A program made the translations under genes and the position numbers. Below the pieces are notes generated by a model. That model made no database searches and was not told the DNA's origin. It was given only the letters and a program-made list of their open reading frames with translations. Positions 12,501-24,500 of a DNA stretch of 64,000 nt are shown here, piece after piece. Positions within the stretch are counted from its first letter, which is position 1. Every line of letters starts with the position of its first letter. The stretch is from Tubiluchus corallicola (Eukaryota > Animalia > Priapulida). The stretch is from positions 1 to 64,000 of the forward strand of contig JAQGDQ010000828.1 in NCBI GenBank assembly GCA_030141605.1, read 5' to 3'.

Positions 12501-15500
12501 CCATAATCAAAATGGAAATTTATGTGCTAAAACGATAGAAATTCTTTGGAGTTCAGAAGTCAAGATCCAATGATTAAGGTGCTTTTGACACCTGACTAAC
12601 TGAAGTACCAAGTGAAGCACCAGTAAGAATCACCTTAAAGGAAGCCTTAAAACCAAAGAAGCCCAAAAACTGCCTGGCAAACAAAAAAATATTTTAGATA
12701 GCTAAGATAAATAAAAATGTTCAACAACTTCAACCAAGCCTAACTTTAGAAGTAGAAGAACTTTTGCTGTTAGCTGCAGACAACTTAACTGTTCTTTTGT
12801 AGACTTTTGTTCAACAGTAAGTTGTGCAAAGTGAACTGTTCTTTTGTAGACTTTTGTTCAACAGTAAGTTGTGCAAACTGAACTGTTCTTTTTGTAGACT
12901 TTTGTTCACATGTAAGTTGTGCAAACAGAACTGTTCTTTTGTAGACTTTTGTTCAACAGTAAGTTGTGCAAACAGAACTGTTCTTTTCGCAGACTTTTGT
13001 TCACATGTAAGTTGTGCAAACAGAACTGTTCTTTTTGTAGACTTTTGTTCACATGTAAGTTGTGCAAACTGAACTGTTCTTTTTGTAGACTTTTGTTCAC
13101 ATGTAAGTTGTGCAAACAGAACTGTTCTTTTTGCAGACTTTTGTTCACATGTAAGTTGTGCAAACAGAACTGTTCTTTTTGTAGACTTTTGTTCACATGT
13201 AAGTTGTGAAAACAGAACTGTTCTTTTCGCAGACTTTTGTTCAAATGTAAGTTGTGCAAACTGCACTGTTCTTTTTGTAGACTTTTGTTCACATGTAAGT
13301 TGTGCAAACAGAACTGTTCTTTTTGTAGACTTTTGTTCACATGTAAGTTGTGCAAACAGAACTGTTCTTTTCGCAGACTTTTGTTCAAATGTAAGTTGTG
13401 CAAACTGAACTGTTCTTTTTGTAGACTTTTGTTCAACTATAAGTTGTGCAAACTGAACTGTTCTTTTGTAGACTTTTGTTCACATGTAAGTTGTGCAAAC
13501 AGAACTGTTCTTTTCGCAGACTTTTGTTCAAATGTAAGTTGTGCAAACTGAACTGTTCTTTTTGTAGACTTTTGTTCAACTATAAGTTGTGCAAACTGAA
13601 CTGTTCTTTTGTAGACTTTTGTTCACATGTAAGTTGTGCAAACAGAACTGTTCTTTTCGCAGACTTTTGTTCAAATGTAAGTTGTGCAAACTGAACTGTT
13701 CTTTTAAAGACTTTTGTTCAAATGTAAGTTGTGCAAACTGAACTGTTCTTTTAAAGACTTTTGTTCACATGTAAGTTGTGCAAACTGAACTGTTCTTTTT
13801 GTAGACTTTTGTTCACATGTAAGTTGTGCAAACAGAACTGTTCTTTTTGTAGACTTTTGTTTACATGTAAGTTGTGCAAACAGAACTGTTCTTTTCGCAG
13901 ACTTTTGTTCAAATGTAAGTTGTGCAAACTGAACTGTTCTTTTTTTAGACTTTTGTTCACATGTAAGTTGTGCAAACTGAACTGTTCTTTTTTTAGACTT
14001 TTGTTCACATGTAAGTTGTACAAAGTGAACTGTTCTTTTAAAGACTTTTGTTCAAATGTAAGTTGTGCAAACTGAACTGTTCTTTTCGCAGACTTTTGTT
14101 CACGTGTTCAAGGAGAAAGCGCTCGGCGATCTAACAGATGGACATCTGTGGTTGAGTGTTTTCATGAAGCCACCACAGAGTGACTTCACAAGAGTTCAGG
14201 TTAGAAGTTTCAGTTTAAAACAGACAAATGAACCGTTTTTCTTTTTGCAAAGCTTGCTGGTGTTGTAGTGATCATAAGCTTTTGTATCACATATTCAGTT
14301 ACGTAAATGCAGCACTTTTTTTTACCATTATGACAAAAACACGTAAATGTTCATAACATGAGAGAACCTAACTAATCCTCTCTAGCAGAAGACAAATTAC
14401 AAAACATTGTAAGGCAAATGCTGTCAGTTTTTGCATTAAATTTTCACTTCATTTAGATGTGATTTGGTTTTTTCCATGGGGCAAATAACCTTGAAAGAAT
14501 TCCTGGTTACTTATTAAAACTGCTGCATATGATTTTCTTCATTGAAATTTATTGGATTTTGTTCCGTTACTTTATATGTTATATCTGCTAAGTACTTACA
14601 ATAATGCTCATGGATTTTATGTTTTTCAGTAAGTCACCTGTGTATTATGCCGTCTTTTCACAAACTGCTGAAAGTACACTATGTTTTGTTTCAAAAAGTT
14701 ACATGTGGTGTTTGCAAATGAAAATTATGACTTGAAATCATTAGCATGCAAAGAAATGTTATCTTTTTCTCTGTCCTGTGTTGCTTCTGCACATTATGTT
14801 GTATTTCAAGCTAAATGTGTTTTATGCTACACTTTTTTGACCGTCATGGTTTTGCACATTATATTTTTTCAGTGAATCATGTGTTATGTCTGCGGTTCAC
14901 AAAAATGCTTGTGCACATCATGTTTTATCAACCATACATTATCTTAACTTTTTATAACAATTCACATTATGTTCTGCTTCAGTGAACTATATGGATATCA
15001 TATGCATTTTTTCAACAATGCTCATGCATGTTATGTTCCTTTTCAGCGAGCTGCAGGCACTTTATCACTTCTGTTTACAATAGTGATCATGCACATTATG
15101 TTCCCTTTCAACAAGCTATATGCTTATTATCAGTGCCTTTGAAAATTGTGATCATGCACATTGTTCCTTTTCAGCGAGCTACATGTGTATTATCACTGCT
15201 TCTCACAACAATGCTCACGCACATTATGTTTTTTGGCATTCCCACTGACAATCCCGAAGACCAAGTAGAATTTCGCAACATACAATTTTCTATAGTACCC
15301 GTCATGGTGGGTAAGTTTTGACGAATCAGTATCGTTTCTGCACATTATTTGTTAGTAACATTTACAGTGTCATAGGACTGAGTTAAATGCGTTGATACAG
15401 CATTGTTTAATGATTACCAATAAATTTTACATTTTCATCTTACCTGTTCACATCTGGTGTTTTTGCATAGTTATGGAGAGTATCACTATTATCTATCCTG

Positions 15501-18500
15501 TACACATTTTCCTCATTCTGTTGTTTCGTTTTGCTCGGCAGCACGAGACTCAACAACGTCGTTCCCTGAGAAGACCCACAATATGTTCAGAACGCGGGTA
15601 AGTCTTAAATTGTTAAATTCTTGTAGCCCAGTCTGCCATTTTCTTGCTTTGTTACCTGTATAATTAAGAATAAGTAGCAGAAATTCTTTTCTTCATCTGG
15701 GTTTAAATTTTACTTTTTTATAGGTTTATGTCTATTTACACACACTATGTTACTTCAGAGATGTAGTATAAACTTAGAATAGTCAAAATTAAAGTCAAAT
15801 TTAAAACAATTCCCAAAAACGTTTAAAAAATACGTGTATTTTCAATTTAGAGTTGAAACTGTCGAAATGGTAGCAAGTTCTTACTCTAAATGACAACAAG
15901 CTACAATAATATAGACCAATAATGTGTCCTGGAAGATGACTCGTGTACCATTTCATACTAAGTTTTGACCTCAACTTAATAGTAATCTGTAGTTAGAACC
16001 AGTGACGGCTCGTGCATAGGTACTGTGGAACTGGTACTGTGCCCCATGTTTTCACTCTATATTATTGATAATATTCAATAAACCTGGTGCCAAACGTATC
16101 GCTCTGCTTTCCTTTGGATTACACCAGGGAGGAAGAGAGGGGGTTCCTGTTGTCTTGGCAACTCAGGATCTCCATACACTTTGCCCAGGCGTGCGCCCTG
16201 GAGATGTTCAAGGATCGCACTGCTCAGCCACAGTCGACGCTGCAGCTCCATCAATGTGATCAATGACTGATTCTCTTGGCGCACACTCCATTGTCTTCCG
16301 AGACAGAAGGATGCCAACAATAATTCATTATAATGGTTTTTTTTTCTTAAGTTCTTTCTTTATACTGGTACAGCACCAGGGTACGTGAGGAAAGTACTGT
16401 TTGCTTCATTGCCCAGCCCAGTGGTTTGTTTGGCTGTTGACACACTGTACGCTGCTCTGCTAGTGTCTGATGGCAGGTAGAGAAAGTACTGCGGCTCTCA
16501 CAGTTTGTTATTCTTGAACTGCGACAACTTAGGTTATTCGTGATCATAAATTTCGTGGTTTAGGATTTTATCAAGTTTTTGTAAAATTTGTGTATGTCTG
16601 TTATCAGCTGCCATCTTTTTGAGCAGCAAATAGTTTTGATGATTTAAAAATATTTATTACAAATATTCCATGTTCATGTAATGTATTCACTCGAACGTGA
16701 TGGCTAATGTCCAAATATGTGTCACACATTATGTGTGATCAAACGTACAATGAATAAGACAAAGGCACTGTAAGAAAAATCAATTTTTCTTTATTATGAG
16801 GATTTAAGAAGCGATGTAAGCAAAGCTGTTAATCTATTTTGTTCTCTCCAGCTTGTAAGAATTACTGTTCGTAATGTCATCTCTCAAACAAGTCCGGACT
16901 AGCCAAATAAGCTGCAGTCTAGCACCCCTCAAGTTTGGAGCCACCTCAAACTTAGTGGCTTATTGGCTAGTATATTCTGCAGTCTAGCACCCCTCAAGCT
17001 TGGCGCCACCTCAAACTTAGTGGCTTATTGGCTAGTATAAGCTGCAGTCTAGCACCCCTCAAGCTTGGAGCCACCTCAAACTGAGTGGCTTATTGGCTAG
17101 TATAAGCTGCAGTCTAGCACCCCTCAAGCTTGGAGCCACCTCAAACTTAGTGGCTTATTGGCTAGTATAAGCAGCAGTCTAGCACCCCTCAAGCTTGGAG
17201 CTACCTCAAACTTAGTGGCTCAGCTAAAAGATTTTCAAAGATAATTTTTTTCAAATATGAGTATAGTATTTTAATGTTTTGCTTTGCCGATGAATCGTTC
17301 ATCTAACTTAAAATAAAATTTCAACTTTAAAAGACAGAAACCTATGAGTCTGAAAACCCAATTTTAAAAAAAGTGGTGTGAGGCCCCTTGTTTGAGGTAA
17401 ATGGTTTTTGTTTGAGGCTCTTTATTTGAGAGAAGGATCTTTCTTTTTCCCTTTATTTAAGATATATCACGAGTAAAAAATAATCAAGACAGGCGAGGGG
17501 TGTCTCAAGTATTGATTTTTATTATTTAGCTTCCCAGTTCCGCCTTCACCGCAATCCCAGCTTAGGGACCTGTCATGACTCTCAAGTATTGATTTTTATT
17601 ATTTAGCTTCCCAGTTCTGCCTTCCCCACAATCCCAGCTTAGGGATCTGAAACCTGTCGTGACTCTCAAGTATTGATTTTTATTATTTAGCTTCCCAGTT
17701 CCGCCTTCACCGCAATCCCAGCTTAGGGACCTGTCATGACTCTTAAGTATTGATTTTTATTATTTAGCTTCCCAGTTCCGCCTTCACCGCAATCCCAGCT
17801 TAGGGATCTGAACCTGTCATGACTCTCAAGTATTGATTTTTATTATTTAGCTTCCCAGTTCTGCCTTCACCACAATCCCGTAGGGATCTAAACCTGTCAT
17901 GACTCTCATATTGATTTTTATTATTTAGCTTCCCAGTTCTGCCTTCACCACAATCCCAGCTTAGGGACCTGTCATGACTCTCAAGTATTGATTTTTATTA
18001 TTTAGCTTCCCAGTTCTGCCTTCCCCACAATCCCAGCTTAGGGATCTGAAACCTGTCGTGACTCTCAAGTATTGATTTTTATTATTTAGCTTCCCAGTTC
18101 TGCCTTCACCACAATCCCAGCTTAGGGATCTGAAACCTGTCGTGACTCTCAAGTATTGATTTTTATTCTTTAGCTTCCCAGTTCTGCCTTCACCGCAATC
18201 CCAGCTTAGGGACCTGTCGTGACTCACAAGTATTGGTTTTTATTATTTAGCTTCCCAGTTCTGCCTTCCCCACAATCCCAGCTTAGGGATCTGAAACCTG
18301 TCGTGACTCACAAGTATTGATTTTTATTATTTAGCTTCCCAGTTCCGCCTTCACCGCAATCCCAGCTTAGGGACCTGTCATGACTCTCAAGTATTGATTT
18401 TTATTATTTAGCTTCCCAGTTCTGCCTTCCCCACAATCCCAGCTTAGGGATCTGAAACCTGTCGTGACTCTCAAGTATTGATTTTTATTATTTAGCTTCC

Positions 18501-21500
18501 CAGTTCCGCCTTCACCGCAATCCCAGCTTAGGGACCTGTCATGACTCTTAAGTATTGATTTTTATTATTTAGCTTCCCAGTTCCGCCTTCACCGCAATCC
18601 CAGCTTAGGGATCTGAACCTGTCATGACTCTCAAGTATTGATTTTTATTATTTAGCTTCCCAGTTCTGCCTTCACCACAATCCCAGCTTAGGGATCTGAA
18701 ACCTGTCATGACTCTCAAGTATTGATTTTTATTATTTAGCTTCCCAGTTCTGCCTTCACCACAATCCCAGCTTAGGGACCTGTCATGACTCTCAAGTATT
18801 GATTTTTATTATTTAGCTTCCCAGTTCTGCCTTCCCCACAATCCCAGCTTAGGGATCTGAAACCTGTCGTGACTCTCAAGTATTGATTTTTATTATTTAG
18901 CTTCCCAGTTCTGCCTTCACCACAATCCCAGCTTAGGGATCTGAAACCTGTCATGACTCTCAAGTATTGATTTTTATTCTTTAGCTTCCCAGTTCTGCCT
19001 TCACCGCAATCCCAGCTTAGGGACCTGTCGTGACTCACAAGTATTGGTTTTTATTATTTAGCTTCCCAGTTCTGCCTTCCCCACAATCCCAGCTTAGGGA
19101 TCTGAAACCTGTCGTGACTCACAAGTATTGATTTTTATTATTTAGCTTCCCAGTTCTGCCTTCACCGCAATCCTCACCAAGAAGCAAAACAAATTCCATG
19201 AAATGGAAGTCAAAATTATCGGTAAGTCAAAATTACTTGATACGTTGTGCAATGGGTAGATACAGCAATTATGCATCATTAGTAAGTCTTGCTCCTAAAT
19301 TTGTTTCACTCTTACTCTGTCCTGTCTTATTCCTACTTTACATTTCTTTTTGTCCAGTCTTCTCTTTTTGTTTTTCTCTTTTTTCACTTTGTCATGTTCA
19401 GTTTTTTTCTGCATTTTGTTCCATTCCCAAGTATTTCACTTCACTTTTATCAGGTGGTCATATTGAACTGGATGCATGGTAATTCCGTTTCCACACTTTA
19501 GTTAAGAGTTTTCATTTTCCAGACATTCCTGGACGCCTGGAGCAGTGTTATTTCTTTGTTTATGATACCCAGTAAATCATACCTTATCTTTCTGACATTT
19601 CATTTGTTAAAAATTCAGAAAAGTCCCTCCTAAACCCCTAAAATGGGACGCTACTTCATATGTTTCTAATGTGTGCGTCACCCAAAACCAATGTGTGTTT
19701 AGAATGTCCCACCATTTTTAAAGCTCTGTTCTATTTTATTCTCTCCCATTTATTCTCTTTTTAACCTACATTTAATACTGACTTCTCTTATAGTTGAGTA
19801 GCGAATCTCCTAGCAGGAAACGCTGGGAAAGGAGTGATCTGCGATTCGGATTGTTGCTTCCGTTTGAAACTGAAGATGACTGGTTGGAGTGGGTCAGACA
19901 GACACACCAGACATTAGAATCTGATCTCCAGGAAGTCTCCCACCAGCTTGACGGAACATGGATAGTACTTCAGGAACTGAAACGAAGCATTGACTTTGAC
20001 ACTGACCAACCCTCCGAACTGTACTCGGAAAGTGGGACGTACCGTTGCATTCATCGTATTGATCTGAAAAAGGCAAAGAAGAGGCTTTCCAGGGTCTCTG
20101 CAATGTCTGGTGACATGATTGATGATGACCGCGATCCTCTCCCATTCCCGGATTGCTTGTATACTTGTGCCACGGAAGAAATGTCGTCATCATTCTCGTT
20201 GCCATGGTATTGCGTTTACGTCGGATGGTTCATTGCCATATTCCTTTCACTCTTGTGTTCGTACCTAGTCATGCTGTACGGTCTAAAGTTTGGTTATGCT
20301 AAGAGTGCTGACTGGATGATGTCTATGATTCTGTCCGTCTTTCAAAGCATCTTCATCTTTGATCCACTCCAAGTCGTCTTGTATGCCGCCATCGTTGCCT
20401 ACAACTTTCCCAGGCCTTGGGAATTCAAGCAGGGCAAAGTTGACGTACCAATTCTGCAAGAAGATTACGATTGGTTAGAGGAATGGCATGAGAAGTACGG
20501 GAGGTATGTTGATCATGAAAATAGTTAAACTAAACTGAACTTTTCAAGATTTGCGTGTCTGCTTGGAAGTTTGAATCAAAGTCTTATCTTTCCTCAAAAT
20601 TGCTTGTGTGTATTGATTGTGTATAAGTTTGACATCCCTTTTTATTCACTGGGGATCAAAAGTGAAACGCAGACATTTTTTTGGGTGAAAAAGTTGTGTA
20701 TGTGTGTGCGCATGTATGTGTGTCTTTCAACACCTACAAGGTACCTACCGACACACACAGGTACCTACCGACAAAGCTTTTTTATTAGTGCAGTAACAGA
20801 AAATGATATAATAAATACTTGCAAATCGTTTAATTGGAATAAAGGTCCTGGTAAGGACAAAATGTTACCTAAAGTCGTAATAGACACCATCGACTACATC
20901 TCTAAACCTTTGCAATATTTAATTAATTTATCTTTTCTTACAGGTGAAATACCAACGAAATTGAAAGAATCAATTATTGTTCCTTTGTTTAAATCAGATG
21001 ATCTCATGTCTCTGAACAATTATAGACCAGTGTCCTTATTGCCTTTTATATCAAAAATATTAGAAAAAGTTTTTTACAATCAGTTATCTCATTATTTAAT
21101 AAAAAAAAGAATTCTGAGTAATAAACAATTTGGTTTCAGAAAAGGTAGCTCCACTGAAATAGCCTTAACAAAAATTATAGAAAATATCATTAATACTGTT
21201 GAAAAAAATGGCACATCCTATGGAGTATTTTGCGACCTATCAAAAGCATTTGATACAGTAAACCATGACATTCTGCTAAATAAGTTGTACTATTACGGTA
21301 TCAGAGGTTTGCCTCATATGTGGCTAAAGAATTATTTGACAGGGCGCACTCAGACAGTAAAATATAATAACGCTCTTTCAGATGTAGCACCAATCAAATG
21401 TGGCGTGCCCCAAGGCTCAGTACTTGGGCCACTACTTTTTCTAATCTATATTAGTGACATCAAATTTTGTGTTAAAAATCACAATTTATTTCAGTTTGCT

Positions 21501-24500
21501 GATGATACAAGCATTTTTTTAGCATTCATAAAATAGAAATCAATATTGACTACATAAATACAGTTCTACATGACCTAGCTATATGGTTCTAAACAAATAC
21601 ATTCTGTTTAGATCCCGAAATAAACCAATTCAGGCGAACCACGATTTAATAATAGACTATAAAAGAATTACATGTGTAAAAGAACTGAAATTTCTGGGAT
21701 TAATACTGAATGAGCATCTAGACTGGCGACCACATATATTCATGATCAGATTGAAAATATCAAAAAATATAGGTATCATCTCATATATTAAAAACTTTCT
21801 GAACACCGAACATCTTCTAACATTATACAACAGTTTAATATTATCATATTTAAATTACTGCACAACATTATGGGGCTTTAATTATACTACAAATTTAGAA
21901 TGCTTAAGAGTTTTACAATGAAAATGTGTCATCTTCAAACTAGACAAAAGGAGCACAATTACTACTACACATTTTAAGCAATGTCAAATATTACTTCTGG
22001 ATGATGTTATTAATTTTAATGGATGTATATACATGTATAGAACCAACAACAACTTATTTCCAACTTTTTTTGAAAATCCAGTCAAGATAAATGTAAAAAA
22101 ATACAATACCAGACATAATGAATATATACCAAGACGTTGTAGAACAAATATGGCGAAACACTTCATTAGCTATATGGGACCAGTCCTATGGAACAGACTA
22201 AGTCGCAATTCGAAATGTAGTCACTCCCTTTTAACTTTTAAAAAAACCGTCAGACAAGAAATATTTCAAAAGTATTAAGAGTAACACAATTTGATAATGG
22301 TAATCACCTGCATTCTTTTTCCACAGTAATCTTAATATAACGTGACTATGCTCAACAGGTTACTGAACACTTTGTAACCATGATCACAGTTTTTCTTAGT
22401 TCTCACTCCATTTCATCTTTCATTCACTACTCCGCCCCCCCCCCCCCACTTTTTTTTAACATTTCCACGTACAGATTGGCCTGTCAAGCTATGCTTTTAG
22501 GCTCAAACTGTATGCATCAAAATTACTCTGTAATGTAATTTGCACATGTATATGCTGCATTTTGTAATTTCTCGATAATACTGCATATATTTATATTTAT
22601 ATTTACTTAAATGGATAATTATCTGTATTTTAATGACATTTGTAAGATGCAATGTGGAAAAAAATGAATAAATGAATAAACCTTCAGTTAATTAGCCACT
22701 GCTAATTGCTACAAGTGTGATGTGTTCAATGTATGCTCCTGATATGATGCGGAAAAGTGTTGAGGCTTATAAATCGACTCCTAATTTTAAATGTATTCGT
22801 GTATTCAAAATATAGCCACACATCACTCTGACTAATTGTGCACTGGTAGATTGAGATTTCAGATCAGTTTTGCTGTGCTGATTCAATAACTTTAATGGTT
22901 GGACATGTGCCATGAAAACGCAGGTTCCTGGTTCAAATACTCACTCACTTGCTCATAATGTCTTTCTTATTGATGTGCGTGTCACTGCGGTAAATAAATT
23001 AAACCGTTTAAACGTTTAAAACAGTGGTTTCCAAAGTAGGGGTAAATAACCCCCCGGGGTAATATGGTTTGGGGGGGTAACGGGCACCCCTCTGAAAATT
23101 TTTAAAACTTCGCTCGGAATGCATTTTACGTAGTTTTCTTCGTGAAGAGACTGCCTCCGGTAGGTGAAGAACTGCTGGAACATGTGAAACAAGAACCCTA
23201 CAGTGGTGCGTACAGCCCTTTTTGGCGGAGGATGGTCAAATTGAAGACGACGATTTCCCTGCTAAAGAAGAGTGGATTGAACTGAGGCTCAACGAGGAAA
23301 AGAAAATGAAATTCCAGCAGCAGAACCTGGAAGAGTTCTGGATAGGAGAGATGGCCAGTTCACCAGTCCTTGCAGAACGGGCATTGAATATTCTCACATA
23401 TTTTTCAACAACGTATCTGTGTGAACAAGGTTTTTCGTCCATAATGAACATGAAAACAAAGAAAAGAAATAGGTTGGACGTGGAAAGCGATGCACGCGTT
23501 GCTTTGAGCCTGACGAAACCCAGGATTGAGAAACTGGCGTCCGAAAAACAGCCACATCCGTCCCACTAACTGAGATTTTGTTGTTGTCATTCATTTCTTC
23601 TTGTTTTCGTTTGTTCGAGTAATAATTACTCAAACGTACCTGCTCACTCAGTAATGAGCAGGTTCAGTAATTGTAATTCTTGTTTTGGCAACAATACAAC
23701 AACAACACATGGAAATTTATTTCTGTCACGGGCAAACATAAATAATTTTGCTTGCTTGTGGCATATACGTGTGTTTACTTTTTGAGTTGGAGAAGTAGTA
23801 CTAGGTGGGGGGTAATGGACACGACCGGGTTTCCCGGTTTGGGTAACGGTCCGAGAAAGTTTGGGAACCACTGGTTTAAAACATGAAAGAGAAGTTTCTT
23901 GACTTGGAACATTTGAAGTACATTCAAACTGAAATCGATTTCATGTTCTGACATTGTAACCTCTGATTCTGCACAAAGAAGACAATCAGTTAATTCTAGT
24001 TGAGTCATATTTCTACAGCTAGAATTTGCTCCTCATTTTTGCATGTTTCAGTACTGTAATGAAGCGTCGCAGTGAGCACACGTTCATTCCTCCGACCACG
24101 GAGCAGATACTGAGGGCAAGAGAGCATCGGAAACACCGACAAGTGATGAGTGACACCACCTGGGAGTTGGTTCTGTTCCTTCTTTTCATCATCTTTCTTT
24201 CCAACATCGTCTATCAGTTTCGTGATGAAAGGCAAGTAGCAAGATTTTTATACAAATTGAGATGGCAACAGCAACAGTAGCAGCAGTACTAATGACAACA
24301 CTTACAACAACAACAATAAGTCATTTTGAGCAAATTTAAATAAAACTGTTTAAAGTTTGAAAACATATCCAGAGCTTTCGTAGCTCACTCTTTCCTAACT
24401 TAGCAAAGAATAAATTACTTTATATTGTCAATAAAATCAATAATGTGTTTTTTGTGAATCAGTGATGCACACTGGGATGGCGATGCAGTGCCGTTTTACC

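Noticed and set aside
12010-12640. Possible Kolobok-like element (ttaaagg ... ccttaa)
   Set aside because: Terminal match too short to support a call.
12811-14075. Cys/Lys-rich repetitive ORFs
   Set aside because: Translations of the 48-bp array; no independent coding evidence.
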